DNA from: Trueperaceae bacterium
GTDB lineage: Bacteria; Deinococcota; Deinococci; Deinococcales; Trueperaceae
DNA: 64,000 nt
Assembly (NCBI GenBank): GCA_965215565.1
Contig: CBDCDZ010000004.1
Span: 1,984,001-2,048,000, forward strand
Reading direction: 5' to 3'
Shown here: positions 38,935-49,460 of the stretch, in pieces
Layout: each line of letters begins with the position of its first letter
Numbering within the stretch: position 1 is the stretch's first letter
Notes under the pieces: generated by a model
What the model saw: only the letters and a program-made list of their open reading frames with translations
Told to the model about the DNA's origin: nothing
Databases searched by the model: none
Position numbers and translations under genes: made by a program

Positions 38935-40926
38935 ATGCCACAAACGATAGAGAAAAACGTCAGCGAACTTCAGCAGCGCGCCATCAACGTGATCCGTGCG
39001 CTCACCATTGACGCCACCCAAGAGGCGGGCTCCGGTCACCCCGGAATGCCGATGGGCGCAGCGCCGATGGGTTACGTACTGTTCAAAGAGGTCATGAACT
39101 TCAACCCTAAGAATCCGCAGTGGGCGAACCGGGACCGCTACATCCAGTCGGCGGGGCACGGCTCGATGCTGCAGTACAGCTTGGCGCACCTCACGGGCTT
39201 CGACCTCACGATGGATGATTTGAAAGCGTACCGCCAGTGGGAGAGCAGGACACCGGGGCACCCCGAGCACTTCCTGACGCCAGGTGTCGAAACCACCACC
39301 GGGCCGCTCGGACAAGGTCTGGCGACGGCGGCGGGAATGGCGCTCGCGGAGGCGCACCTAGCCGCGATCTACAACCGCGACGGTCATGAAATCGTGGACC
39401 ACTACACCTACGTCATCGCCTCGGACGGCGACATCATGGAGGGCGTCACGGCGGAGTCGGGCTCGCTCGCCGGTCACCTGGGCTTGGGCAAGCTCATCGT
39501 ACTTTATGATGATAATCACATCACCTTGGACGACCAAGCGGACGTTTCGTTCAGCGAGGACACCATGAAGCGCTACGAGGCGTACGGCTGGCACACCGTG
39601 CGCGTCGAGGACGGCAACGATGTCGCCGCTATCGAAGAAGCGGTTCAAAACGCTAAAAATGAGACGAGCAAGCCGAGCATCATCTCGGTGCGCTCGATCA
39701 TCGGCTTCGGCGCGCCCAACGAGAACACCTCCGAGGTGCACGGCTCGCCCTTAGGTGACGACGGCGCGAAAGAGGCGAAGGAGAACTTGGGCATCGACTG
39801 GGACCCCTTCACCGTGCCTGACGACGTGAAAGAGCACTACTTGGAAGCAGTCGAGCGGGGCGAAAAAGCCGAGCAGGAGTGGCAGGCGCGCTTCGACAAG
39901 TATAAAGAGGAATTTCCCGACCTAGCCAAGCAGTTTGAAGCGGTCATGGCGGGCGAGTTGCCAGACGACTTAGAGCAGTATCTCCCCAAATTCGAGACGG
40001 GCGAAGCGACCGCGACGCGCAAAGCCTCCAACGCAGCCCTGAACGCTTTAGCGAAGCACATCCCTCAACTCTTAGGCGGCTCAGCCGACCTAGCAGGCTC
40101 GACGAAAACCGATATCGACGACACCGAGGTCATCTCTCGCGGCAACTACGCGGGGCGCAACATCTACTTCGGTGTGCGCGAGCACGCGATGGCCGCCGCC
40201 GCCAACGGCATGTCGCTGCACGGCGGCTGCAAGCCGTTTGTGGGCACGTTCCTCATCTTTTCGGACTACTTGCGCCCGAGCTTGCGCCTAGCGGCGCTGA
40301 TGGACCAACCCGTTATTTACGTCTTCACGCACGACTCCATCGGGCTCGGCGGCGACGGACCCACGCACCAGCCCATCGCGCAACTCATGGCGCTTAGAGC
40401 CATCCCGCACATGAACGTGATTCGTCCCGCTGACGGCAACGAAGCGGCGCAGGCGTGGGCGTACGCGGTGGGCGGAGAGCATCCTACGGCGCTCGTCTTT
40501 ACCCGTCAGGATGTGCCCAACTTGGACGTGCCGCAAGGCAGCGTCAAAAAGGGCGGCTACATCATCTCGGACTCGGACGGCTCGCCCGATGTGATCCTGA
40601 TCGCGACGGGCTCAGAGGTGCATAAGTGCCTGGAGGCAAAGGAGCAGATGTCAGGCGTAAACGTCCGCGTGGTGAGTATGCCCTGCTTCGAACTCTTCGA
40701 CGCGCAAGACGAGTCTTACCGCGAGTCGGTCTTGCCTTCTTCGGTAAGAGCGAGAGTCGCTGTCGAGGCAGGCGCGACGCTCGGCTGGCACAAGTACGTC
40801 GGCTTGGACGGCGCAACGGTCACCCTAGACCGCTTCGGCGCGTCGGCAGATGGCGACGTCGTGATGGAGAAGCTCGGCTTCACGCCTGATAACATCGCGA
40901 AGGTGGCGCAAGGGCTTCTGAGCTAG
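38935..40926 (+). CDS. tkt: Transketolase
   Basis: [52 protein letters not shown]. Confidence 0.97.
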   Translation: MPQTIEKNVSELQQRAINVIRALTIDATQEAGSGHPGMPMGAAPMGYVLFKEVMNFNPKNPQWANRDRYIQSAGHGSMLQYSLAHLTGFDLTMDDLKAYRQWESRTPGHPEHFLTPGVETTTGPLGQGLATAAGMALAEAHLAAIYNRDGHEIVDHYTYVIASDGDIMEGVTAESGSLAGHLGLGKLIVLYDDNHITLDDQADVSFSEDTMKRYEAYGWHTVRVEDGNDVAAIEEAVQNAKNETSKPSIISVRSIIGFGAPNENTSEVHGSPLGDDGAKEAKENLGIDWDPFTVPDDVKEHYLEAVERGEKAEQEWQARFDKYKEEFPDLAKQFEAVMAGELPDDLEQYLPKFETGEATATRKASNAALNALAKHIPQLLGGSADLAGSTKTDIDDTEVISRGNYAGRNIYFGVREHAMAAAANGMSLHGGCKPFVGTFLIFSDYLRPSLRLAALMDQPVIYVFTHDSIGLGGDGPTHQPIAQLMALRAIPHMNVIRPADGNEAAQAWAYAVGGEHPTALVFTRQDVPNLDVPQGSVKKGGYIISDSDGSPDVILIATGSEVHKCLEAKEQMSGVNVRVVSMPCFELFDAQDESYRESVLPSSVRARVAVEAGATLGWHKYVGLDGATVTLDRFGASADGDVVMEKLGFTPDNIAKVAQGLLS

Positions 40927-41024
40927 TCACGTAGCAGCTTCATCAAACCTAAACCGTCCCTCCCTAGACTAGCGAGGGGCGGTATTCTTTGTAAGATAGA
41001 AAGAATAATCTACAGGAGGCGTTC

Positions 41025-42761
41025 ATGGCACTACGAAACATTACGACGAAAACCCTACGACTCGTTCTTATCGTGGGGCTTACCTTAGGTAGCTTCGCCG
41101 CCGCGCAAGACCTAGCCGAGCTGTTGCCCGAAGACACCATCTTCGCGCTCGGAATGCAGGGGCTCAGCGAGGCGGACGAGCGGTTGGAGCCCTTCCAGGC
41201 TGAATTCGAGCGGTTGGAAGTCGGCGAGGCGCTCACGACCTTATTCGAGTCGCAGGACGTGGGCGCGACGGGTGGTATGGGCGGCGAAGAGATACCCAGC
41301 GAGGTAGACGCGCTCCTCAGCTTAGAGGTCTTAGGGCAAGAGGCGTGGATTGCGCTTTCCGCCTCGTCCTTTAGCCCGCTACCCGCAGCGACGCTCATCA
41401 CGCAGCTTACGCCCGAAGCGGTGGAGCAAGTCGGTCCACTGCTCGAGCAAGCCAACGCTCAAGAGAATCCCGAGAGTTTCACCGAGGGCGACTACACCTT
41501 CTACCAACTTCCTATCGAAGACGCCGACCCCATCCAAGTCGTCGCCTACGCGCAAGCCGACGACCTCTTGATGATCTCTACGAACCCCGAGGTGCTGCGC
41601 GGCGTACTGCGGCGCTTGGGCGGCGCGGGCGAGCCGAACTTCGCGGAGAGCGAGGGCTACGCGCAGACGCTCGGCACACTGGAGAATGGCACGTTCTACG
41701 GCTACCTAGACTACGCGGGCATCGCCGACGTCGCCGAGCCCTTCTCGCAAGGTTTCGGCTTCGATCAGCTCGTGACGCGGCTCAGTTCAGCCTTTCAAAC
41801 GGCGGGCGTGACGGGCGGTGTGGCGCGGCTCACGGATGAGGGCGTCATCACAGAGGGCTTGCAAGCGGTCAACGAGGCGGGCGGCGATAGCGAGTTGTAC
41901 GACCTCTTGACGCGCGGCGACGCGGCGGACTTAGACACACAACGTTTCGCACCTGAAGACGCGCTCGGCTACAGCGTCAGCGCTACTGACCTCTCCGGCT
42001 GGTACGACTACCTCAACAGCTTGGCGACGAGCGTGCCCGAGTTGGGCGGCGACTTAGATAGCCTCCTCTTGTCGTTTACGGGCATCAACTTGCGCCAGAC
42101 CTTTTTCGACTGGACGGACGGACAAGTCGTCACGGTGACGACGGGCTTAGGCGAGGTTGCCGAGCCGGGTGTGCCGAGCGAAAACCTCTTGGGCGAAGCG
42201 GTCTACCTCATCCGGGCGAGCGACGAGGGCGAAGCCGAGGAGGGCTTAGCGGTGCTCTTCGAGAGCCTCAGCCAGTCCATCGCCGCCTTTAGCGATCCGA
42301 TGGGCGGCTCGGGCGGGGCAACGTCGAGCACGGCGCAAATCGGCGACGTGGAGGTCACCCAATACGACATCACCGACGGCGTCAGCCTCTCCTACGCCGT
42401 CACGGACGGCTACGCGCTCATCGCCACGACAGAGGACGCGATGCGGAGCGTTTTGGAAGCGGAGGAGCCCTTAGACGTGGACTTAGGCGTCGTGCCGGAG
42501 GACGCCAGCAGCGCCGCCTACTCGGACGCCCAGGCGACTTTGGAGGGCTCGGCGCAGCAGATCGGCAGCCAGTTGGAGCTTGCCGCCGGTCTAGGCGGGG
42601 CGTCGGGGCTCAACTTCGACGAGGTCGAGAACGCGAGCAGCGTCTTAGAAGAGTATCTCAGCTTCGTCGCCTCGAGGCTCGGCGACAGCGTTAGCTACAG
42701 CGAACGCGCGGACGAGGGGATTACCTCGTACAGCGAAACCGAGGTGGACTGGGAAGAATAG
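41025..42761 (+). CDS. Acidic exported hypothetical protein (DUF3352-like)
   Basis: Signal peptide AAA-Q; LAELLPEDT and RFAPEDAL repeat starts suggest two-fold internal symmetry. Confidence 0.6.
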   Translation: MALRNITTKTLRLVLIVGLTLGSFAAAQDLAELLPEDTIFALGMQGLSEADERLEPFQAEFERLEVGEALTTLFESQDVGATGGMGGEEIPSEVDALLSLEVLGQEAWIALSASSFSPLPAATLITQLTPEAVEQVGPLLEQANAQENPESFTEGDYTFYQLPIEDADPIQVVAYAQADDLLMISTNPEVLRGVLRRLGGAGEPNFAESEGYAQTLGTLENGTFYGYLDYAGIADVAEPFSQGFGFDQLVTRLSSAFQTAGVTGGVARLTDEGVITEGLQAVNEAGGDSELYDLLTRGDAADLDTQRFAPEDALGYSVSATDLSGWYDYLNSLATSVPELGGDLDSLLLSFTGINLRQTFFDWTDGQVVTVTTGLGEVAEPGVPSENLLGEAVYLIRASDEGEAEEGLAVLFESLSQSIAAFSDPMGGSGGATSSTAQIGDVEVTQYDITDGVSLSYAVTDGYALIATTEDAMRSVLEAEEPLDVDLGVVPEDASSAAYSDAQATLEGSAQQIGSQLELAAGLGGASGLNFDEVENASSVLEEYLSFVASRLGDSVSYSERADEGITSYSETEVDWEE

Positions 42762-42784
42762 CCAACTATAAAAACGCGGATGTG

Positions 42785-42813
42785 TAGAGGCTGAGGGTAG
42801 ACCTCAGCCTCTA
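42785..42813 (+). terminator. Hairpin terminator
   Basis: TAGAGGCTGAGG-GTAGA-CCTCAGCCTCTA. Confidence 0.55.
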
Positions 42814-42934
42814 TCGTTGCGGTTTTTAGCGGCTCGAGTCCACTCGGTGCAGCAACCGTGAGGACGAGATAAGCTATACTCCCTACGGACTCTTTATCTA
42901 CCGCATCCTCGGGTCCACACTTTTTGGAGGAAAT

Positions 42935-43396
42935 ATGAAGCGTTATCTTGTCGTACTTTTAGCCGTCATCGGGTTGAGCAGCGCCTCGGCTCAGTCTGAC
43001 CCGTTCGTAGGGGGAAGTCTTGACATCGAAGTTATTGCGGGCGACGCCGCCATCGCTTTAGACGCTCAAATAGGGGACTACGGGCTTTTCGATTCGTTTG
43101 GCGCAAGGGGCACCGTAGGCTTAGGCGTTAGCCCGGATATCTATGTCAAGCTCGGAACCGATGTGCTCTTTCCGTTTAGTACCAGCAACAACGAACTAAC
43201 CCCCTACGCGGGTGCCGGCCTAGGGTTTATCACAGGTATCGGCACGTACTTCAACTTTCATGCGCTCGGCGGTGTAGAGTTTGAAGTTGCCGATCAGTTC
43301 GGTCTCTTCGGCGAAGTTGCGCCCGGTCTCTATATCCGTGGTGGCACGGGCTTCGGCATCAGCTTGCGCTTCGGCGGAAACTACCACCTCGACTAG
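42935..43396 (+). CDS. Small outer-membrane beta-barrel-like protein
   Basis: Signal peptide SSASA-Q; alternating strands, PYAGAGLG, C-terminal RFGGNYH. Confidence 0.7.
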   Translation: MKRYLVVLLAVIGLSSASAQSDPFVGGSLDIEVIAGDAAIALDAQIGDYGLFDSFGARGTVGLGVSPDIYVKLGTDVLFPFSTSNNELTPYAGAGLGFITGIGTYFNFHALGGVEFEVADQFGLFGEVAPGLYIRGGTGFGISLRFGGNYHLD

Positions 43397-43424
43397 ATTT
43401 ACTACAAAGCGACAGTCAATTCAT

Positions 43425-43456
43425 AAGAAGCTGAGCAGTGCGCTCAGCTTCTTTTC
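43425..43456 (+). terminator. Intrinsic terminator
   Basis: AAGAAGCTGAGC-AGTGC-GCTCAGCTTCTT followed by TT. Confidence 0.7.
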
Positions 43457-43573
43457 GTGGGCACATAGCGCAACTCTTCATAGGCAAAACGAGGCTACGT
43501 TGCCCTGTGTCAAATATGGAAAAGTTTATGTTGACTCAAACTCGAGCGTGCTACGTTCTCCCAGGAGGATGAC

Positions 43574-44089
43574 ATGAAACGCATGAGTATCGTTCTTTTG
43601 ATATTGACAGTTTTGAGCAGCGCTTCGGCGCAGTCGAGCGAGTTCATCGGACTAGGCGTCAAGGCTGAATTTGGTCCAGCGGTGCCGGGCTTCTTCAACC
43701 CGGACGACACTTACATCCCTTTCCCACCTGAGGCACTTATGCTCGAGGTACAAGCGGGCGACTACAACCTCTTCGGTCCGGTTGGGTTTCGGCAAACCAT
43801 CGCGACGGACCTCTTCTACTTAGAGCTGGGCGGCGACTTGCTCGTTCCCTTGACGACGAGCCCGCGCATCTACCTTGGCGGCGGAGCCAGCTTAACGGCG
43901 GGCGACGGCACGGTTTTAGCCGTACGCGGCGTGGCGGGCGCGGAGTTCCTGCTTGCGCGGCAGCTCGGCCTGTTCAGCGAATTCAACCCTGGCTACTACA
44001 TCGCGAGAGGGAAAAGCAACTTTGACGGCACCTACGGCGCTGAAAGTTACGGCTTTAAAGTGCGCTTCGGCTTCAACGTGCATCCGTAG
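43574..44089 (+). CDS. Small outer-membrane beta-barrel-like protein, paralog of the preceding gene
   Basis: Shared LSSASAQS, Q.GDY.LF, G.EF...Q.GLF.E..PG and RFG.N motifs. Confidence 0.7.
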   Translation: MKRMSIVLLILTVLSSASAQSSEFIGLGVKAEFGPAVPGFFNPDDTYIPFPPEALMLEVQAGDYNLFGPVGFRQTIATDLFYLELGGDLLVPLTTSPRIYLGGGASLTAGDGTVLAVRGVAGAEFLLARQLGLFSEFNPGYYIARGKSNFDGTYGAESYGFKVRFGFNVHP

Positions 44090-44705
44090 CGTTTAGCTGA
44101 GACCAGAGTACGTTTAGCCGCTCCTCGAGTCTCTCCCTATCCCCACTGTTATCCACCACGTAATCCGCCCGCTCCACCTTCTCCTCTAGTGGCATCTGCG
44201 CTTCGTCCCTCGCCCTGACCTCTTTCTCGCTCAAGCCGCTACGTTCCTGTACCCGCTTCACACGAACTTCTAAAGGTGCGTTCACTACGATAACCGTGTC
44301 CAGACCTCTTTCCAGAGCGTTTTCATAAAGAAGAGGAATGTCCACCACGATGATGGCGGGCGGCGACGAACGCTGCTCGAGCGCCTCCGCCCGCCGCTCA
44401 CTCTCGCGCCGCACCCACGGGTGGATGATCCCGTTCAGCGTCTCCCTCGCCGCCTCGTCGCCGAAGACGCGCTCCGCCGTTTTCGGGCGGTCAAGCTCGC
44501 CCTCTTTGATGAGGTCTTCGCCTAGCGCGTCCGCGATTTTTTGCAGCACCTCCGGGTCTCGCGTCGCCTCGCGTGCGAGTACGTCCGAGTCGATGAGCGC
44601 CGCGCCCTTCTCCACTAAAAGCTGCGCCACCGTGGACTTACCCGAGCCGATGTTGCCCGTCAAGCCGACTCGTCTGGGTTTAAGATCAGGTTTAGAAGAG
44701 GTCAT
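44073..44705 (-). CDS. coaE: Dephospho-CoA kinase
   Basis: GLTGNIGSGKST, LNGIIHP, DIPLLYE, AQMPLEEK. Confidence 0.95.
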   Translation of the reverse strand: MTSSKPDLKPRRVGLTGNIGSGKSTVAQLLVEKGAALIDSDVLAREATRDPEVLQKIADALGEDLIKEGELDRPKTAERVFGDEAARETLNGIIHPWVRRESERRAEALEQRSSPPAIIVVDIPLLYENALERGLDTVIVVNAPLEVRVKRVQERSGLSEKEVRARDEAQMPLEEKVERADYVVDNSGDRERLEERLNVLWSQLNATDAR

Positions 44706-44717
44706 ATAATAGGGGCA

Positions 44718-46073
44718 ATGCGGCTCTTCTCGAGGCTATTGGGCAATGAAACAGAACTGGATAGCGTAGACATGTCCCAGTTTACGCCACTGCCCACGCT
44801 GGATTCTGGGGGCGGTTATCTGGTCGGCGGCGCGGTGCGCGACACGCTCTTGGGGCGAAAGACGAACGACTTGGACTGGGTAGTCCCCGACCCCGAGCGG
44901 AGCGCGAAGGAGGCGGGGGACGCGCTCAGCGGCAGCGCGTTCGTGCTGGACGCGGCTCGTGGACACTGGCGCGTCGTAGCGGGGAACGAAACGCGAGACT
45001 ACGCGCCGCTGACGGGCGAGATCGAGGCGAACTTGGCGCTGCGAGACTTCACTATCAACGCTTTAGCGCTGGATTTAGAAGGCAATCTCACCGACCCGAC
45101 AGGCGGACGTGAGGACTTGAAAACGCAGACGCTCAGGATGGTGAGCAGGGAGAACCTTTACAGCGACCCCTTGCGACCTCTTCGCGGCGTGCGCTTCACG
45201 GTGACATTGGGGTTCGCGTTAGATGGGGGAACGCTCAAAGCTATCCGAGAACACGCCGCCGCGCAGCTCACCGAAGACGAACCTCTTCCCGCCTGGGAGC
45301 GTGTGGGCGACGAACTGGGTCAGCTCATCTCGAGCGGACGAGTGGCGGGGGGCGTCCAGCGTCTTCACGAATTGGGGCTTCTAAGGGTCTACCTCCCCGA
45401 ACTCGCCGCCGCCGAAGGCGTCGAGCAAGGCAGCCTGCACCACCTGGACGTGCTGAACCACTCCGTAGAGGCGCTCAACCAGCTCCTGCACGGCTTCCCC
45501 GACGCCGACCTCGCGCTGCGCTGGGGTACGCTCTTGCACGACATCGGCAAGCCGCCGACGCGAGACTACGACGAATTTAGAAAACGCATGACCTTCTACG
45601 CGCACGACAAAGTCGGTAGCGACATCGCGAAGAGGGTGCTGCGCCGCTTACGCCAGCCGAGCGAACTTGCCGAACGGGTGGGCGCACTCGTGCGCTACCA
45701 CATGTTGCCGCTGCCTAAAAACCAAAAGGAGGCGCGGAGATTTGTCTACCGCCGCCGCGAGCTACTGCCCGACCTCTTGAAGCTGATGATCGCCGACCGC
45801 GAGGCGGCGCGGGGGCGCAGGGCGTCGGCGGCGGGACGGCAGGCGTACCGCTTGGCGCTGGGGCGCGTGCTAGAGATTCTCGCCGAGCCTGCGCCCGAGA
45901 AACCTCTTTTAGACGGACGCGACGTGATGGCGCTTTTAGGTCTCGAGCCAGGCCCCAGAGTCGGCGAGGCGGTGCGCTTCGTGCAGGAGGCTGAGGCGGT
46001 GGGGGACGTGCGAAATCGAGGCGAGGCGGAAGAGGTCCTGCGGCGCTACGCGCGTGAACAGGGCTGGATGTGA
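44718..46073 (+). CDS. Class II tRNA nucleotidyltransferase with HD domain, probable CC-adding type
   Basis: YLVGGAVRD..DLD, RDFTINALA, DPLRPLR, LHDIGKP; short segment before motif D (flexible loop apparently missing). Confidence 0.8.
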   Translation: MRLFSRLLGNETELDSVDMSQFTPLPTLDSGGGYLVGGAVRDTLLGRKTNDLDWVVPDPERSAKEAGDALSGSAFVLDAARGHWRVVAGNETRDYAPLTGEIEANLALRDFTINALALDLEGNLTDPTGGREDLKTQTLRMVSRENLYSDPLRPLRGVRFTVTLGFALDGGTLKAIREHAAAQLTEDEPLPAWERVGDELGQLISSGRVAGGVQRLHELGLLRVYLPELAAAEGVEQGSLHHLDVLNHSVEALNQLLHGFPDADLALRWGTLLHDIGKPPTRDYDEFRKRMTFYAHDKVGSDIAKRVLRRLRQPSELAERVGALVRYHMLPLPKNQKEARRFVYRRRELLPDLLKLMIADREAARGRRASAAGRQAYRLALGRVLEILAEPAPEKPLLDGRDVMALLGLEPGPRVGEAVRFVQEAEAVGDVRNRGEAEEVLRRYAREQGWM

Positions 46074-46561
46074 ACGTTCGGCACATCAGACCAGGCGACG
46101 CCGAGGCGTTTTTAGCGCTCGGCAAGAGGTTGGACGCCGAGACGAAGCTGATGATGCTGGAGCCCGGCGAGCGCACTTTAGACGTACGCGAGCAGCGTAG
46201 CAGACTCGAGGGCTTGGGGGAAAACGAAGCGATTTTCGTAGCTGAGGAGGACGAAGCGCTCATCGGCTTTCTCGCGCTTCGTGGCTATCAACCTCGGCGT
46301 AAACGCCACTGCGCGTACGTCGTCATCGGCGTTGTACAGGCGTATACGGGTCAGGGAATTGGGACCGCGCTTTTCAAGAATGCCGAAACGTGGGCGGAGG
46401 AACGCGGCGTGACCCGCTTAGAACTCACCATCATGACCCACAACCGCGCAGCCCTTACGCTCTACCACAAGCGGGGTTTCGTGGTTGAAGGACTGCTGCG
46501 CAACAGCTTGAGGGTGGACGGGCGCTACGTTCACGAGTACAGCATGGCGAAGCTTCTTTAG
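46070..46561 (+). CDS. GNAT N-acetyltransferase
   Basis: IGVVQAYTGQGIG, LELTIMTHN.AALTLYHKRGF..EG. Confidence 0.9.
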   Translation: MNVRHIRPGDAEAFLALGKRLDAETKLMMLEPGERTLDVREQRSRLEGLGENEAIFVAEEDEALIGFLALRGYQPRRKRHCAYVVIGVVQAYTGQGIGTALFKNAETWAEERGVTRLELTIMTHNRAALTLYHKRGFVVEGLLRNSLRVDGRYVHEYSMAKLL

Positions 46562-46736
46562 CAGGTATACCCGCTAAAGCAGGGCACAGGTCATCTGGTC
46601 AGAGACACGCTCACTTTATAAAACGATGTTTCCTGCGGAAAACTGCGTAACTAACACGCACTTCAAGGGATGAGACCCTTGCCGGAGGCAAAACTTCGTA
46701 AGCGCTCAACTGTCTCAATGTATCGTGAAACTGCTG
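46559..46736 (+). mobile_element. Family-1 element, copy E
   Basis: TAGCAGGTA...TCATCTGGTCAGAGACACGCTCACT...GAAACTGCTG; its first TAG is the GNAT stop codon. Confidence 0.75.
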
Positions 46737-46737
46737 T

Positions 46738-47784
46738 TTAATCTAGCTCGGGCGAATCCCCGAGCGTGTCCTCGATATAAAGTCTTCGCACCAGCACCAG
46801 AATCACCGCTGCAAGGGGTGTCGCGACGAGCAGACCTAAAAAGCCGAAGAGCACCCCGAAGATGAGCACCGAGGTGAGCGTCACGGCGGGCGGGAGCGAG
46901 ACGGTGCGCTGCTGGACCAAGGGGACCAAGAGGTTGCCCTCCAACTGCTCGATGGCGATAAAAAGCCCGATAACCCAGAACACTTGCCCTGTCCCATTCG
47001 TGAAGGCGAGCAAAATAGCGGGTACGGCGGCGATGAAAGGACCGATGACGGGGATGAACTCTAAGAGTCCGGTGAGGATGCCCAGCGAGGGCGCTAAGGG
47101 CACGCCGATGAGCCAGAGCCCGACGCCCGCCACCACGCCGATGACCGCCATCGACACGAAGCGCCCCAAGAGCCACTCGCGGAGCGTCTGCACGACCTCG
47201 TCCGTGACTTCCGCCGCGCGTTCGCGCCGCTGCGGGGGCACGAGCTTGAGGAAACCGGCGCGGTAGAGCGCGGGGTTGCTCGCCAGAAACACGCCGACGA
47301 AGAGAATGAAAACAGTGTGCGTGAGCGCGTTGAGCGTGGTGGAAAAGGTGCCCGTGATCCGCGCGAGAAAGTTGCTGCCCTCGCGCACGGACTGCAAGCG
47401 GTTGAGGAGCGGCTCCGTCCAGGCGTATTGGTTGACCGCCTGCCTCACCTCATCCACCGCTTCGGGGAGTTGCTGCACAAGCCCGCTGATCTGGTTCGCG
47501 AGTTGCGGCGCGAGAAAATAGCCGCCTGCGCCGAAAAGCGCGACGAGCAGCACGATGACGGCGGCGAGCGACGCGCCCGCGGGCAGGGGCGTGCGGCGCG
47601 TAAATGGGTGGGCGAGCGTGCGTAGCAAGATGGCGAGCAAGAGCCCGATAAAGAGGAGCAGCAAGATGTCGGCGACGCGCCAGGCAAAGAGGACGAGTCC
47701 CGCGAGGAGCCCGACGACTAAAACGGTGTAGAGTAGCCGCCTCTGGTACGTTGTCTCTTCGTCTCGGTTCACCCTGCCCCCCAC
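46738..47784 (-). CDS. AI-2E family transporter (PerM-like)
   Basis: Multi-TM; LEFIPVIGP, EQLEGNLLVP, GLLVATPLAA. Confidence 0.9.
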   Translation of the reverse strand: MGGRVNRDEETTYQRRLLYTVLVVGLLAGLVLFAWRVADILLLLFIGLLLAILLRTLAHPFTRRTPLPAGASLAAVIVLLVALFGAGGYFLAPQLANQISGLVQQLPEAVDEVRQAVNQYAWTEPLLNRLQSVREGSNFLARITGTFSTTLNALTHTVFILFVGVFLASNPALYRAGFLKLVPPQRRERAAEVTDEVVQTLREWLLGRFVSMAVIGVVAGVGLWLIGVPLAPSLGILTGLLEFIPVIGPFIAAVPAILLAFTNGTGQVFWVIGLFIAIEQLEGNLLVPLVQQRTVSLPPAVTLTSVLIFGVLFGFLGLLVATPLAAVILVLVRRLYIEDTLGDSPELD

Positions 47785-47974
47785 ATCAGTGACTTCGCTG
47801 ACAGAGATACTACCTCAATTTGGATGAGAGAGGGCGAGAGGTGAAGGATAAGTAGGTGCGCCGAGATAATCTAAACTAGAGAATGTCAACGGAGTCCGTT
47901 TTGAGCGCAAGAATCTCGAGATGCTTTAGATCATTGAAGCCTAAGTACTTAGCTGAGCAGTTAAACTTGGTCTC

Positions 47975-48943
47975 ATGCCTACCCTGCTCCTCAACCGTCA
48001 AGAGGTACAAACGCTCTTGGACCCCGCTGCGCTGCTCGAGCCCTTTAGAGAAGCGTTCAAAGCTCACTCGTCAAGCCGTACCCTACCCGCTCAGAAGGCA
48101 CGCTCACCGCTGCCGGAAGGGGGCTCGAGCGCAACCGTTCTCTTCCCCGGTATTCCCGCGTACACCGTCAAAGTCCACGCGAAGTTTCCGGGGCAAACGC
48201 CGAAGGTTCGGGGGCTCGTCCACCTGCGCGACCTCTCGACGGGAGCGCTTCTGGCGGTGCTAGCGTCCGGCTATCTCACCGCCGTTTGCACTGCTGTAGC
48301 GACGGCGGTAGCGGCGGATGTGCTAGCGAGACCCGACGCCACGCGGCTCGCCATCATCGGCGCAGGCGTGCAGGGCGAGCAGGGGGTGAGGTTGCTGGGA
48401 GAGGTGCGGCGCGTCGAGCAGGTTAGGGTGTTCGATACGGCTCCCTTTAAGACAGGTCCGTTCGTGCAGCGCGTCGCGGCGGTGACGGGCGCGAAAGTCA
48501 CCGCCGCCGACTCTCTCGCCGAAGCCGTCTCGGACGCGGACCTCATCGTCTGCGCGACCCAATCTACAACCCGGTCGCAGCGCCCCTTCCTCACCTCGGG
48601 CATGGTCTCGGCGGGTGCACACGTTACGACGTTCGGCACCGGTGAACTTGGTGAGCCCGGCAAGGCGGAGGTCTCAGCGGACCTTATCGAAGAGAGTGTG
48701 TTCGTCTGTGATGACAGAGGTTTAGCGGCGGAGATGGGCGCGCTCGGTAACGTCGGGTTGAGCGAAAGTGCGGCGCACGCCGAACTCGGTGAGGTCATCG
48801 CAGGGACGAAAGTGGGACGCGAACGGACGTCGCAAGTGACGATCTATGGCGGGGTAGGGCTCGCTTGGATGGATTTGTTGGCGGCGTGGCAGGTGTATGA
48901 GCGCGCGTTAGGGACGGGGCGGGGACAAGAGGTTGGCTTTTAG
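47975..48943 (+). CDS. Ornithine cyclodeaminase/mu-crystallin family protein
   Basis: YTVKV, IIGAGVQG, AELGEVIAG..GR, GLAWMDL. Confidence 0.85.
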   Translation: MPTLLLNRQEVQTLLDPAALLEPFREAFKAHSSSRTLPAQKARSPLPEGGSSATVLFPGIPAYTVKVHAKFPGQTPKVRGLVHLRDLSTGALLAVLASGYLTAVCTAVATAVAADVLARPDATRLAIIGAGVQGEQGVRLLGEVRRVEQVRVFDTAPFKTGPFVQRVAAVTGAKVTAADSLAEAVSDADLIVCATQSTTRSQRPFLTSGMVSAGAHVTTFGTGELGEPGKAEVSADLIEESVFVCDDRGLAAEMGALGNVGLSESAAHAELGEVIAGTKVGRERTSQVTIYGGVGLAWMDLLAAWQVYERALGTGRGQEVGF

Positions 48944-48944
48944 C

Positions 48945-49460
48945 ATGAAGCGTGTAGCCATCATCGGCTCGGGCGGCGCGGGCAAGTCCACGTTAGCGAA
49001 AGAGGTGGGCGAGAAGCTCAACCTACCCGTCATCCACCTAGACCAACACTTCTGGAATGCGGGTTGGACCGAAACTCCGGTTCCTGAATGGGAGCGGCGG
49101 CACCGAGATTTGCTGGCGCAGGAACGCTGGGTGATGGACGGTGACTACGGCGGCACGCTGGACGAGCGCTTAGACGCTGCCGACACCGTTATATTCCTCG
49201 ACATGCCGAGGTTTTTCTGCGTGTGGCGCGTGCTGAGACGCTGGCTCACCTACCGCAACACCACGCGCCCCGACATGGCTCCCGGCAACCCCGAAAAGCT
49301 CGACGCGGGCTTCTTCCGCTACGTCTGGAACTATCCCAAAACGCGGCGTCCGGTGGTTTTGGAAAGGCTCGAGAGGTTAAGAGAGAAAACCGTCATTCGC
49401 TTAAAGAATCCACACCAGGTTGAAGTGTTCCTGAAGGATTTGCGAGCCTACAACCCGTAG
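48945..49460 (+). CDS. FlaR-like P-loop kinase (topology modulation protein)
   Basis: IIGSGGAGKSTLA, IHLDQHFW..GW, WVMDG, RPDMAPG.PEK. Confidence 0.85.
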   Translation: MKRVAIIGSGGAGKSTLAKEVGEKLNLPVIHLDQHFWNAGWTETPVPEWERRHRDLLAQERWVMDGDYGGTLDERLDAADTVIFLDMPRFFCVWRVLRRWLTYRNTTRPDMAPGNPEKLDAGFFRYVWNYPKTRRPVVLERLERLREKTVIRLKNPHQVEVFLKDLRAYNP

